In this document: piece by piece, positions 1-14,027 of the stretch
How the letters are laid out: each line of letters starts with the position of its first letter
Position numbering within the stretch: position 1 is the stretch's first letter
DNA from: Lama glama
Lineage: Eukaryota
Length of the DNA stretch: 64,000 bases
Assembly: GCA_028534125.1 (NCBI GenBank)
Contig: CM052816.1
Coordinates: 35,652,001 to 35,716,000 of the forward strand
Direction: 5' to 3'
The notes under the pieces: model-generated
Told to the model about the DNA's origin: nothing
What the model saw: only the letters and a program-made list of their open reading frames with translations
The model's database searches: none
Translations under genes and position numbers: made by a program

Positions 1-1409
1 CCATTTCTTTTGTGTAGCACATGTTCTCGTGCTGTTTTTAACAGCCCTAAAATTGCCCTGGCTTGGCCCTAAATTGGATTTGAATTTCTACCCACCGCTG
101 TCAGTATCTGCAGAATGAGCTGTGATACCATTGCTCTTAGCAAATAGCATCCTCCCGTGCTGAGTGTATGAAGCTAAGCCCTGAATGCTGTCCTTAGACA
201 AAAAGGGGGCGGAGTCTGAGGGTTAGAATGTGGCCTTTCATCCCTTCCGACCCACGCCCCTAGTCTCCAGGATGCAGTTCAGTAATAAGTTAGTGAACGT
301 GCTTCTCTTAAGAATCGAAGATTCCTCAGGGAAGCTCTAAACCTTTTGTACCCAAGTAGTGTTCCAAGGGGATCCAGGGAGCTTACAAGATAACACCATC
401 ATCATTGTGATCATCACCAGCATCAGTATCACCTCCAGCCCTTTATGGATCTTCTTTTCTTTGCTGCTGCACATGTGCTTTTCTAGCCCCACCCTCTCTG
501 CCCTACTCCGAGACCTGACACCATTTCTACAACTCCCCGTCCCTACTCAGAATATAACAAAGGCAACAAAACAGTCCTCTCTTCCATCTGTCAGTTCCAC
601 AAAAACGACATCTTCTCTTTGTCCTTCACGGCTACTCTCTCGGCAGTCAATATCACAGTCCATACCAGCTTCCTAAAATTCCTTCCACCTTTACCCTCCT
701 ACACAAACACACATCCTGCTAAAGTCTCCAGTAATTCAGTTTTTACTGTGAGCTTACTGTGTAAAAATCTGATTACAGTTATGATTCAAAACATGGCCTC
801 ATCTTTCAAACCATTTATGATCTTATGATAGCTATTTCCTACCCTGGTCAAGCCACTGAAACTCCCTCAAAGACAGTCCCCAGTCCCCACCTAGACATCA
901 GTCCTAAAATCTTCCCAGAGTCTTTCTACGACACCTCTTTACAACATTAGTTTCCTTGGCCAAGTATGGAAATAAGTGGCAAAGCTAAAATCTGAACCCA
1001 GTTCTTTTGGGCACCAAATTGTGAACTTTCTTATTGTTATATTTTAATTGCATCAATAATATATGAATACTTTGTCATTTAAAAATGTGTATGTCACAGA
1101 TAAAACTGAAATTCCTTTCAGCTCACACTCATCTTCTCTAGTGGAAAACACTGTGACAGATGTACTCCTTTCAGACCGTTTCTATGCATATTAGTATGAA
1201 TGTACCCATACAATAGTAACAATATTCTTTTGAGATTCATCTATATTGATATCTATAGCTCTAGCACATTCTTTTAACCCCTTTGTGAATCTCATAAAAT
1301 GAATCTGCCATGTTGTATTCATCTGTTCTCCTGGTAATGAGCATTAAGCTCTTTTTCACTTTTAACTATTACAAATTACTCACTGGACCTCCTTGTCTGC
1401 AGCAAAGCA

Positions 1410-1595
1410 ATATATTTTGCTGGTTAAAAATCCCAGCTCTCGACTTAGTCGCTGTGGGACCTTGGAGGACTTACCTAAGCAATCTGAGCTTCCTTCTCCT
1501 CATCATAGAGTTGTTGTAAGGATTAGGTGAGTGTGTACATGAGGTGCTGAGTTACAGGCTCAGCACATAGCAAGCACTCCACAAAGTGTGCACTT
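1410..1595 (+). mobile_element. MIR SINE
   Basis: AATCCCAGCTCT..CTGTGGGACCTTGG..GTTGTTGTAAGGATTAGGTGAG..GCACATAG resembles the MIR core and 3' end. Confidence 0.75.
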
Positions 1596-1619
1596 ATGAT
1601 CCAGCATGTCTGCATCCTG

Positions 1620-3330
1620 AGTTACACTCGTTTTCAGTTAAATTCATGTTTCCGAATTGCCCTCCACAGTGGCCGCACAGATTTATAACTCCCTCAACAG
1701 TATAAGAGTGATCATTTTCCTAATTCTCCCCAACACCTTGTGTTATCGAACCTTTGTATTTGCTCTTCTGCCCAATAAGAAACATCCTTTCAATGACATT
1801 TTAATTTGCATTTTCTCAATTAGTAGTGAAGATGAGTATTTTTACATATTTATCAGCCAGTTTGATTTCTTCTCTATTTGTAGCCATTGTTCATTTTTCT
1901 ACTTTTATAGACTTCTGTCAAGTTTTTTAAAATATATTCTTGATACCAATTCTTTGTTACATGCTGCAAATATTTTCTCTCCGTCTGCCACTTATTTACC
2001 TTAGCTTAAAATATGATTGTCTTTAAAGCGATTGAATTTTACAGGGCCACGTTTATCAGTGTGTTCTTTATCTGTTTTAGGCCTTGAGAGTTGGGATTCG
2101 AATCCCAGCTCTGCCACTTACTGACCCTGAAATCTTAAGACAACTTCCACAGCCTTTCGATGCCTTCGTTTCCTCAGCCATAACACGATGATAATAGTAC
2201 TGCCTGTCTCACAGGTTGTTGTGAGGTGTGTGAGTTAATGCATGCAGAGTGCTTGGCACAGAATGAACTCCATTTTCTATTTTCTATTATTTTTTTTTCT
2301 GTTTTCTATTATTCAGTAAGCCCTCCTCAACCCAAAGTCAAAAAGATATTCTCCTGTAGTATTGTAATTATTTTGGTTTTCTCTCATTTAGATCTCTAAT
2401 TGACCTGAAATTTATTTTTTTACATGTGAGGTTGGAATCTACATATTTTTATGTAATGATCATAAGTTGTCTCTGTATCATTTATTGACACCTTTTCCCC
2501 TCTGATTTCATATGACATTTGTCTCATAGAAGTTCCGTATTTTTAGGGGCCTGTTTCTGGACCCTCTTCTGTCTGTTGTCTATTATGTCCTCAGTACTTT
2601 AGTCTTAGTTATTATAACTTTATATTTTGACAGGAAATCTAGTAGATTTAATCCCCCTTAATTCTTTTTCAAAATTGTCTTCCTCATTCTTACACAGTAT
2701 TCTTCCATATGAATTTTACAATCAATTTCTTACAGTTTATTTAAAAACTATGTTGATTTTTGGCGGGCTTGCACTGGATGTATAGATTTTTCTGAAAATA
2801 AAAAAAAAAGACGATCTATTTTATAGCATTGAATTTTTCCATCGATAAGTTAGGTACAACTCTCCATTTCTGGGCTTCTTTTATGCCATTTAATAAAGTT
2901 TTATAATTTTTTCCACAAAGCCATTTCATGTTTTGTTAGGTATATTCCTATATAATGTGATTTTGTGTATGTGTAACTTTTGTCCATAGGATCTCTTCCC
3001 TCTTTTAAATTCTGATTGTTGTTACTGTATTGAAATGCAGTTGGTTTTATGGATCTTGTAACTGGCCGTCTTACTGAACTTTCTTAGTATTTTTAATAGT
3101 TTGTCAGTTTGTCTCTTGCATTTTTTAAGTAAGTAATCTTATTTTTTTTTTTGTCTCCTTCCAATTCTTACGCTCCATACATCTTCTTCTTGTTTTATTA
3201 CTATTATCTAGGTCTGTGAACACCCTGGCTGCCAGGAATCCCTGGCTCGTTCCTGGATAATGAACACTTACATTGTTGCACCATCCAGTCTGATCTTTGC
3301 TGTGGGTTTTAGATGGATACGCTTAGTGGG
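1620..3330 (-). mobile_element. Old L1M (L1ME-like) fragments, interrupted by a MIR
   Basis: T-rich antisense L1 ORF2/3' motifs (TTTTAATTTGCATTTTCTC, TTCTTCCATATGAATTTTA, CTTACTGAACTTTCTTAGT). Confidence 0.7.
2080..2265 (+). mobile_element. MIR SINE
   Basis: GGGATTCGAATCCCAGCTCTGCCACTTACT..GTTTCCTCAG..GGTTGTTGTGAGG. Confidence 0.8.
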
Positions 3331-5069
3331 ACTCTCTACTTCACCACGCTGTTTCTCATTTTGTACCTCTGAAGAGTAAAACAGTTAGCCTTAAAATTTT
3401 GTCAGCCTTCTTCCTGTAAAGTGGAAGTCGTAATTTAGTTATTTGTCATTTGTCATTGATGAAGTTTTTAAGAATGAATGATTTTTAATTTACTTCATTT
3501 GCTTCTTTCTTAGTTTTCAAGAGTCAAGCCCAATTCCATTCTTTCTTTCTTTCCTTCACAGTTCTTTTTTTGAATTATTTGAATAGTTTGTCCCCTGTAC
3601 CCCCTTGGCCAGGCACCTACTCTGGAACCTCTCTCCCTACAACCCCCATCCCATACTGTGAGCAAATCATACTGGCAATTCTGAGCTGCTTTCAGTGGTT
3701 TATGGTGAGGTGGCTTTAGTTTAATGTATGTAGCTCTCCAAGAAGAATTCAGTAACTTTGCTTTTCCAAATAAGTGGATTCTTAGAATGCAACCAATATA
3801 TTGCCCATATATTAAGCCATTTAGCTTTAATAGTAATAAGGTAAATATAAACATATTTGTTTAACTTTCTGAAGATTTACTTTTATCCCTGAAATATTTA
3901 AACCTCCTTGAAGTAGAGGACAGCTTTGTCTGGTCCCAGTGCCTGAGTGTGAGGTTTACTGAATTCTGAAGGAGATTCTTTAGGGACAGTTACCCTAGCG
4001 TTGGTCAACTTTAACGGCCTCCCCCATCTTTGTATGCAGCCCTCCCACTCGCCCCTTTTGTCTCTGCATTCAAGATTTGTAGTGTATTTAAAGTCTCAGA
4101 ATTCACTGGACAAGGATGTGAAGGAGATGCTGCCATTTGTATTATGTTTTCTTAAACAATCCCTGGGGCAAATAGATGCTAATTAGTGAGGAAAGTAAGA
4201 TTGTGCTGCTTAAGCTTCTGATGCAGGATAGGCTGGAAAAATGTTTTAGTTCAGGAGGGAAATGTTTCCGAGGTCTGCGGGACTAATAGCTCTTCTTTGT
4301 ATTTCCATCATTCCCGTCGTCGTCTAAGGATTTCGAAGACAGTTTTATTCAACCACCTTCCTAAAGTTCCATGTGCTCATTAGGCAAGGCAGCTAATTAC
4401 GGTTTGAAGCTCTTTTAGTCTAAAGAATATGCAAGTTATGTGTAACCACTGAGCAATAAACATTGTTCACATACAGTTGGTATCATTATTTGAAACTAAT
4501 TTGACAGTCTTGAGACTCTGTGCACAAATTGTGGTTCTTTCCATGGAAGCTTGGTGCAATTGTTCTTTCTGAAGTACTCAGGGTACACTTAAAGGAGCTG
4601 ATAATGAGTCTTCGAAATGGTCTGACTGAATACTCCCTGCACTGTGTTTTTACTTAATCTACGTTGATCCACAGTTTAGAATTCTGTTCAGTTTTGTTCT
4701 TGTTTTCCCCAGAATCTCAATATAATTCAGTATAAATATCTATTTATGTTCATTTATGTTTACAAGTGAGATCATCATGGGTTTGGTTAATCATAATTAA
4801 CATAGGACAGAATCTATCGCTGTGGCCACTTGCTGTGCTGCAGTCAGCGGAAGTGTGTGTTGGCACAGCAGGAAGAACGGTTTCAGCAGGAGAACACTGT
4901 CCCAGATCCATATGTATAAGGCTGTCAGGGGCTTTCAGTACAGTTCAGCTTCCCAAACTAGCATTTAGGACCTTTGCAGGGAGAGCCCAGTCTGCATTTA
5001 CCACCTTGGTACCCACTGTTCCTCTTCGTAGATTCATGTGCTCACTGATATCCTTGTTGAACTCCATCC

Positions 5070-5485
5070 TACCAGGTGCATTCCCACCCCAGAGCCTTTG
5101 CTTCCCCTACCCACTATCCAGAATGCCGTCTCTTCACTTATCAGCCCATTTATGCTTAATGATTCAGCCCCCAGCCCATTTCTACAAAGTCTTTTTTGAT
5201 TATTCCAGCACGCATGAGATTCTTCCTGTCTTTGAACCCATGATTCTCTATAGGGAATTAATCACATACAGATTTTTGGCCACATATCTCATTTTTTATA
5301 TTTATTGTTTTCTCAAATGAGTCCAAGATTTCTTTAAATTTGAATATATGGACATTTTTGCCTTTAAAATCATATATTTTTTAATCTGTCTCCCACTCAA
5401 CCCATTCTTTCATTTTCCAGTGCCTAAGAACTGTGTCTGGAACCTAGTGGATACGTATAATCATTTGTTGCATAAATGAGTGGAT
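5070..5485 (+). mobile_element. L2 LINE 3' fragment
   Basis: CCAGTGCCTAAGAACTGTGTCTGG..ATTTGTTGCATAAATGAGT resembles the L2 3' terminus. Confidence 0.6.
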
Positions 5486-6504
5486 TTTCCTGCATGCTGA
5501 AGACAGTATTTGAATATTGGTGAAATTAGCAGATAAATCTAACCATAACTAAATAACCAAAATACATGGGAATTAGTTCTTAGCATATTACTAGGTAAAG
5601 GAGATACCAAGTAGAATCCTATTGGTTATTTGTTTGCTTTGTTGATTCCCTCTTGTTTGTTTGTTTGTTTTGCTTTGCTTTGGAGTTGGCAGCTATTCTG
5701 ATTTGGCACTGTGCTGAGATTACAGCACTGAGTACTGAGCTTGTGTGAGTTTTGTGGCTACTGCATGTGAAATTCCCAAATGTAGCAGTGCCCAGAAGCG
5801 CTCTATAAAGTAATGTGACTGACCTTTAATCAACATACTAGAACTTTCCTATTTAGATTACTGTTATCTCCTTCAAATTAGTCATCTTTTGAGACTATTC
5901 CTTGTTCATTACACTGTAGTCACACTTCATAGATCTTTACAAGGTAAATGTGTGAAGTGCAAATGGATGATATGGTCAAGGAGAGGTAGAGGACAACAGG
6001 GTAGGAAGGTGCAAATTAGCTATTAATATTTTGCTCCATTTATCAAAGAATTACTGTATATGTCATGGGAGTTTTATCTATTTTACTAAGATACTAATTG
6101 TAATTCAAAAGTTGACTATATTTCTAAGTCTGACTAGGAAATGTCTGCCCTTGCATTCTAGTATCACATTACTTTCCATGCAGAATGGAAACTATCTTAG
6201 AGATATGCCTAATTAAAAGAAAATTAAGTTTAATGTAACAGTAGTATTGTGAACAACCCGAATATTGCATAATGTTTATGACTGTGTAGATTCTTCGTTT
6301 TCTTGTTCAGACTGTTTAAAAAATGAAAGTCCTTAGTTGCCTTTGAATCTCTTTGGCTACTTTAGTTTCCGTTCATAACAATTTACATTATTAGTCATGT
6401 TCCTTTTATTTTATTTACATTTATTAGGCATGCTCTCCCCACTGGAATCCTGTTGCCTTCTTTCCTTTATGAGTTGTATCTAATTATCAGTGGTCAGAGG
6501 GGAG

Positions 6505-6735
6505 ATGTTGGAGTCTGGGACAGTCGACAGATCTGGGCTCCAGTCCTGTCCCTACGTTTTCTTAACTGTTGTTCTTAAGTCGTTCAGCCTCATTTGAAAT
6601 GTAGCCTTCTCATTTAGATGACACAAATAGCATTTACAGCACAAGAATAAGATGAGGGTTAACTGAGTAAATGTATATAAAAGAACTGAACACCATGTTA
6701 ACAGCACATATTCGTAACCTGTAATTCCTTTTGTT
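6505..6735 (+). mobile_element. MIR SINE
   Basis: TTGGAGTC..CAGATCTGGGCTCCAGTCCTG..TGAGGGTTAACTGAG. Confidence 0.6.
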
Positions 6736-8699
6736 ATTGTGATGTTATGCATGATCTCTTTGGTAGGTGCTTTGGTGGATCTTGCTTTATCTTTTATTTT
6801 ACCTTTATTTAAAATAGTTTTTACCCATTATGCTTTAGTACATGAAGCTTAGAGTAGTAAATTCTAGATGTATGTACTAAATGTAATGTATCTTGAATGC
6901 CTATGATGTTTAAGGATCATCCTTTCCAAAAAACATGTATTAGTAGAAATTATTCTCACTGTTTGATTGGTCTGTCATCTAGTTTCCAAGAAAAGGTCAA
7001 AATGTACTTTTGGATCTAAGGAATTTAACCAGATTTGCTGAACTCACCAAGAAAAAAGGTTCGCTCTAGGCATGCAGTCTACTTCTTTTCCTTTCAGTTC
7101 ATTTGGGCATAATGTTAGATAGGTTCCCATCATGGTCATGCCCTTATATTCCTGCTTAGTTTGACTGCAGTCCCATACTTCATTCTCAAGAAATGTTGCT
7201 CAGAGGCATAAAGGTAGACCTACAAATTACCATAGGAGGCCACAAGCTGCCTGAGGCAGGTGAGGCCCAGTGAAAATATAAAATACATAGAATGTATTAA
7301 AAGGCAAGTTTCCACCCAAATAATATGATATGAAATTGCACTATGAAAATAATTCCAGATGGGCAAAGGCTTGAAAGTAATCTTTTAGTGTAGGTAAGTT
7401 GTAGCCTCAACTATATACCCAAAGAGAGGAGATGTATGTACATATGTTGCATGTTGAGTGTATATGATGTAGGCATATATGTCCATCACGTATGTTGATT
7501 GTATATTCAGATTTACCTGTTACTGCTTATATTTATCTACAAATGTCTGCAAATGTGTGTTTGATGTACTCTAAGATCTCAATCTCAGAGCAGGTAGTAA
7601 GTGCTAATTATACATTCTTTCACAAATACTAAACAAATATTAACAGAAATCTGAGCAGGCATTCCACATACCTTGTCTGAAGGGTATAATTGCTCATTAA
7701 CAATTAGATTATATGATTATATGAGAAATCAAAGCAAAAGGAATTGATCACAATAATATCTGATACTCTGGAAAAAAACCCAGTAATATCAGATAAAATC
7801 TTGAGTTTGGGATGAGCTCCTTTTAGAAATATTTTATAAACAGGAAATCCTTAAGATGATACAAAATAGAGTGTTTCATATTTATACAAGAGGGATTGGT
7901 ATTGTGTTAATGATTATTTAGATAAAAGCTATTTTTACATTATTAGTTGCTACCCTTTGAATTAAAGTATTTTTCATTTACTCTAAAGCTTTAGACTATC
8001 GAGCACTAACATTTAAATTACTATTTAAAGCATTGTTACCCTTTTACAATTAAGTTTTATGAAGAACCACAGTATATTTAGCAAAAAAAGAGTTGAGCAG
8101 CCCCGTTTGAGTTGGAAGCATGAAACCAGGAATTCAGCTTGCCTGTGATTTCCCTTCTCTCTTCTCCCTGCTTCCTCCTTCACCCTCCTCCTCCTTCTGC
8201 CCCACCCCTGGAGTTGACGAAGTACCTGGGGGGACTTCAGCAGAGTTCAGGGTTCTTTAGCCATCTGCTGGACTGTTGCTTAGCGAATGAAAAGTCTGAG
8301 AGCAACTCAGCATGCTCTCAGACTCGTTAATACAGAAGCACTACGGTGGTTGTTACTGTTTTGTGCCTTTGATCCTCTGGTAACTTTATTTAGAAGAACT
8401 GTACTTTTGCCTGGTTTTTGTTATTATATTTAATAGTTGTCATGTATAAATTTTCCATTAGGAACTTAAGTTTATAGGCCCAACTTTGTTTTCAGTGGGG
8501 ATTACTTAACTGCCAAAAATTTGGGGGTTTTTTTATGTCCCTGCTTTTGGGTTCAAGCCCTAAAGTAGGCTATGTAAGTAAATAATGTTAGGTTTCTTTC
8601 ATCTTTGAAATATGCTTGATATGACTGGAAACTAGAAAGCTTTCTTTCTGCTCGGGCTAGACTGAAGTGGGGCAAGACTGGAGGCGGGAACCAGTTGAC

Positions 8700-9045
8700 C
8701 AGATCATTGGTCAACAAGAGATGATGAGAGTCCAAACTAGCACAGAGGCAAGGGGGATGCGGACACTAGGGGAGGTTGAAGATCTGTTTAGGAGACAGAA
8801 TCAGTAGTAAGTCACTGGTTGAATATGAAGGCCAAGGATGACTGTTCTGGCTCTCATCTGGGCAGCTCATTGATGCCATCACCTTATAGTAAATTAGAGG
8901 AGTAACTGTTTTGGAATCAAGAATGGTGAGTTTATTTTTGGACGTGTGGCTTTTGAACACCCGTGGAGCCTCTAGGTGAGGCCTCAGATGCAAAAAATGC
9001 AACGTGGAACTTTTGGGAGGGGTCTCAGCTTGGGGTCATTAATGT
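8700..9045 (-). mobile_element. L2 LINE fragment
   Basis: Purine-rich antisense L2 motifs (CAAGGATGACT..GAGTTTATTTTTGGACGTGT). Confidence 0.6.
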
Positions 9046-9494
9046 TCTAGAAGTTCATTCTTGTGTGGTGAATTGTACTTACATCAAAGTCAAAATTTTA
9101 TTCTTATAAATATGTGATTATAGGTGTATTCGAGAAAGCTGCCCTTGTAGTCCTTAGATCATATGAACAAGGCTTCCCTCCCACCAACTTGTGACATGGT
9201 GCCTTGATGGCCTCAAGAAAACCAGTTCTGGGGGGTGAAAAGGGACAGAGAAAAATTGCTTCTGAAGTTTTAACAGTAAAGCTCAGATCATGGTGTGAAA
9301 GCTAATGTCCCATCCTTTTGCACTTTGTGGTATGATGGTTTCTATTTTTCCTGGTTAATTTTGATTATTATTGTCTCCCCAAGCAAATTATAAAACTCTT
9401 ATAAGAAGTTAAGGGAGTCTCCCATCTTTTTTCCCTTGTTCTGTCTTCACCTACCATCACATGCCCCCTCCACAGCTCTTTTATTAATACAAAA

Positions 9495-9775
9495 TGCAGG
9501 CTTTGGGGCCAGGTCGACTTGGGTGTGAATCCTAGCTTTGCTGTTTACCAGCTCATGACCTTGGCTAAGCTGTTCCACTTCGGTCTGTTCAGTGTTCTCT
9601 TCGGTAGCATAGGCTTGTGCTAATATTACTTACTGAGTTGAGTCATTTGCAATTGCTGATATTTGGTCCAGAAAGACAACAGTTTCATGTGGTTCAAGCC
9701 AGTACTGTGCAGCGTTACAGTGAGGATAAGATACTGTGTTTAGAGTACGCTGAAGATGCTGAATAAATAAAATTT
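9495..9775 (+). mobile_element. MIR SINE split by a MADE2-like insertion
   Basis: GGCTTTGGGGCCAG..GAATCCTAGCTTTGC..TGACCTTGG; the MIR 3' part resumes after 9704. Confidence 0.7.
9633..9702. mobile_element. MADE2-like Mariner MITE
   Basis: ~70-bp imperfect inverted repeat (CTGAGTTGA...TTTCATGTGGTTCAAGCCAG) flanked by TA at 9631-9632 and 9703-9704. Confidence 0.6.
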
Positions 9776-10914
9776 TCAATAGTTATTATGTCATTGACTA
9801 CTCCCACTATAAATATGCCTCAATTAACTATTTTCAAAATGACATGAAGGAAAGTTAAAATTGCTTAAATTGAAAATCTAAAGTAAAGTAAATGTAGGGA
9901 GAAATGTCTCACTGTAAGATCTGTGAAATACGAAATATTTTCCAGAAGTATGTTGCTTAAATCTTTTTGTTGAAGCTCAAGATTACAAATCAAGTTACAG
10001 TTACAAAGACAAAATCAAAGTGACTTTAATGGTTTCCATTTTTATTATATAGAGGTTGATGAAATACACCAGGAAAGTTCTTCAGTCTCATAAATTACTG
10101 AGATAAAACACACATTTCTGTTCTCTTCACTTTTTATTCAGTCAGTACTGTGAATGATGATTTTTATTATACAAACTACAGTAAAATTTCAATTGTCTGG
10201 AGATCAGTTATCCACCAACTTCAGCTAGAACACAAACCAAAAAGCCTGCAAGTTATTAAAAAAAAAACTGGGCAATTAAAATAGATACCACAAAGTACAT
10301 GCATAAAATCTCTTGTATTTTTGTTTTTAAATTTCCATAATAGGAACTTTTAAAAAAATAAATAAGGCAGATGAGAAGAAAGTGAAAAGTTATTTTTAGA
10401 TGGTCTGCAAGAGCACATCATCTTCGGATGGCAGCTTTACTTTATGAAAGGAAGAAAACCTCTGAAATACCCCTGCCTTGCCTAGGTACTGGAGGATAAT
10501 CCTTGTTTATCTTTTTGAAAGCTTACAGTGTTAATGATTTGGACTGCTAACTCCTGCCCTGCAAAGGGGATGCTGTTGAGGGGTCATAATGAGTGACCAG
10601 TCCCTGTGGTTCTAGTCACACTAGTACTGTACCAGTGGTAAATATTTCTCCCAGCACAACCCTCTCCAACTCCATGATGTCATGTTAGAATCAATGAAGT
10701 AAATGTAAATGTTTTCAAAGAAACCTCTTATCCTTTGCTCCTGCAGAACCCAACTTTTTATATTTTTGTGACAAATGAGATTATCTGATTTCTCAAGCTG
10801 TCCCACAACCTGGAGCCACTGAAAAGTAGCTATGACAACAAGTAAGAGAAATATATAGAAAGACTTAAAACCACACAGCATAATGTGGGAACAATTAGAG
10901 TAGAGATTCCTAAC

Positions 10915-11545
10915 TAGTGCTTTATGGGCTGTATTTATCTCACAAACATGTTTTGTTTCACTCCCAATCTGTTGCTCTACACAGTATTTTTATTTTTGTT
11001 TGTTTGTTTTTCCAGTGGCTAGCACTTAAGTATCAGGGGATTCGTATTTTAAAAAACTGATTTCAAGTCTCTTGAAGAATTGAAGATCTGGAAGCACTGA
11101 ATCCACGTTCCTAAAAGGCATTATTTCTTGGGACTTTAGATCGACTGCAGTATATTGATGGCAAACTGTGGTATCTGGTTTGCCATTGTCCCCACTTTTA
11201 GGGAGGGTGTTTCAATATCTGCAGTCCCCACCCATCCCCATTGCCTCCTCAACACTGAAACTTCATGTTGGTTGCCATTTATCTACTGTCTGGATTTAAA
11301 AAAAAAAAACTGAACAAAGTACTGGTTGCATCTGAGTCTCCATCAGAAGTGAGAAACGGGAAGGCAGGTTTAGAGGTCTGAGTGGTCTAGAAAGAGCGAG
11401 CGCAATTGCATTTTTTATGGAGGAGAAGAATATTTCAGTGTGTAATATGCAAACAAAGTGTGTGTGTGTCCGAATAATGTAATATAACAGCTTTGCTCAT
11501 TTACTTTGTCTACAAGGCCCTGTAGGCATTTGGACTTAGTAAAAA
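10915..11545 (-). mobile_element. hAT-Charlie non-autonomous DNA transposon (MER102/MER113-like)
   Basis: TCTCTTGAAGAATTGAAGATCTGGAAGCACTG and terminal GGCCCTGTAGGCATTTG resemble recalled consensus; subfamily uncertain. Confidence 0.55.
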
Positions 11546-11704
11546 CTCCTACTGCTTGGAGCCCAGCTTCTGATTACAGTAGAGTAAAATCATAATGATC
11601 AAGGAAAAGTTTTGCTAGGTCTGATAAATGCTGTTTAAAAAGTATACAAAAGTTGCCAGAACTCTTTCCATCCAAAATAGTTAAAATAAGAGACTTTTGG
11701 TATG

Positions 11705-11782
11705 TAAGTCAGACCAAGTGAAATTGCCAATGTTTAATCATTTTTGACCCACAATAATGGCAGCTTCACCTTAATTCACCTA
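11705..11782. mobile_element. MADE2-like Mariner MITE
   Basis: TGAAATTGCCAATG..CATTTTTGACCCACAA..TGGCAGCTTCA..TTCACCTA, ~80 bp palindromic layout. Confidence 0.6.
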
Positions 11783-13854
11783 CAGAGTGAAGTTTTGCTG
11801 CCTGTTTATTTCACTTACATGGAATTCCTTCTTTTCCCACAATATCAAAAATGAGATAGTGATTTATCTGGGTTAATATAATATTAATATTATAACATTA
11901 TAATATACTGAGGAATACAGATATTATGTGATGCTTATAAAAGCTACTAAAACAGACAGTACCATCTGCATTATAGTATGAAAATAGCTTATATTCATGG
12001 ACGTCATAATATACTGAGTGTAATGATTGAAAATATTTTGCAGTTGATAAGTCCTTCATTATTAGAAGACAGTAGCTCCACAAATCTTCTAATCGCCTGA
12101 GATGTAAGGCTTTCTTTGGAGAGGCTTACTCTCTTTAGCATCTAATAATTATGTTTTAGAAATTAACTACGCTGCACTTTGTTAGTTCTCTATGGGTGCA
12201 ATTCTCCTTTTATAGGGTTCATCTTCGAAAGAGATTATCACCTGAACTCCAGTAGATTTTATAAGAATCTTCAATAAATGTGAAGGACTTAAATAGAAGC
12301 TTTTGGAAATGCAATTTTATTTTAAATTTTTCATTTCTTGGTGTCTAAACAGTTCTTCCAAGTAATGTATTTAGCGCACACAAACAATTTTTAAGGACAT
12401 AGTGGTTACTATATGCTATACGCATATCTTAAAAAATAAACTTTGATAATTAGTAGATAGAGAACTACATTATATGATATTCTTTAGTTGGAACAATTTG
12501 TTTTGGTTGAAAGCATAAAATTCCAGAGAACTAAAATGTTTAAATTCCGCTTTTCAACTTTCAAAGCTATTATCTCTAAGGATAAATTGCATTTCTTAAA
12601 CTAATAACAGTTTGTTTATAACTGTATACATAAATATTTATGATATTAGTGATTTGAGGGAACTGCCAATCATAGTCTATTTTCTTGAAGACATCTCTCT
12701 CTGGACCTGAAAAATAGTTGGCTGAATTTAATGACTATTACGTATATTGTAGATAGATGATGGAATGAATTAAATGGAAGCACAATACTATTTCATCAAG
12801 ATTTGCTGCAATTAAATCGAGTTGAATTCTTTTACTAAAAATCACACTGGATCAAGTCATGTTGTTATACTTATTTTAGCAAAAATAGTCTCTTTGCTGA
12901 AAATACCCTTATGCATAAAATGCCAGATGTTTACTTGTTTATTTTCAAATATCTTGAAATAAAAATATTTAGTGTATTGAGGTTATGGTGAAGTCAGAAA
13001 AAGTGTTTCAAATATGTTATGAAGGAAAGATTTAAATTATAGAAACTACTCCTTGAGAATATTTGGAGAATTTTCAAGCATCTGGGACTTGATTTCAAAT
13101 ATTTTGCTCAATGGCAAATATATTACACCCGCTGATAAAATTATTAGAGTATATCCTAGTAGATCTCTAAAATAATCCATTCACCCACATAGATAAACCT
13201 AAATATAGAGCAGAGTAATATAAAATATAGAGCAGAATAATAGTGGTAGAATCAGGAATAACTTGAAAGATATTAATTATTAGGTTTACTTATATTTTCC
13301 AGGATATACTGTTCACCCTTGATGCTAAGTTGTCCTGCTTTTAGTCAGCCTTTAATTTTTGCTTTTAATAGACTGGGCATGTAACCCATACAAACATAAA
13401 GAGACTGACCTTTCCATTAATTATGTATTTCATTCAAGCCTAAAAAGGCAATGTTTAATGAATGCCTAAAACTAGGAACAATTATGAAAGACCATAGATT
13501 TCCTATGTTCTTTCTCACCAATTGAAATGGCTGATGGACCACATGCATTTATCTTCTCTCCCTCCTAAAATCTTACTAAAATGACATTAAAGGGACTTAA
13601 AAAAAACACACACACAAAAGAAAATAGGAAAGGAGATAAGAGAGGATGAGAGATGTCAACACGTTTTTAGAAAACAGAAGTCAGAAGGAGGGGTGCTAAC
13701 TGTCTTAACAAAGCAGAGGAACTCAGAACCTAAGTGCTTTCAGAGAGGGGCTGCATGACCGGTGAGCTGGTTGCCAGTGAGCTCGTTGGCCGGCAGAACT
13801 CCTGCAAGGCTCAGCCCTCAGAGGCAACAGATATGCTAGAAACCCACAGTGTCA

Positions 13855-14027
13855 TGGTCATGTATAGCACAGGGAAATACATACAAGATCTTATAGTAGC
13901 TCACAGAGAAAAACATGTGACAATGAATATATGTATATTCATGTATAACTGAAAAATTGTGCTCTTCACTGGAATTTGACACAACATTGTAAAATGATTA
14001 TAACTCAATAAAAAATGTTAAAAAAAA
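13855..14027 (+). mobile_element. Cetartiodactyl/camelid-type L1 3' end (5'-truncated)
   Basis: TGTATAGCACAGGGAA..ATTTGACACAACATTGTAAAATGATTATAACTCAATAAAAAA plus A tail. Confidence 0.8.

Noticed and set aside
4766..5320. Longest ORF in the track (184 aa, +)
   Set aside because: GTG start, no recognisable domain, and it runs into an L2 fragment; a chance intronic ORF.
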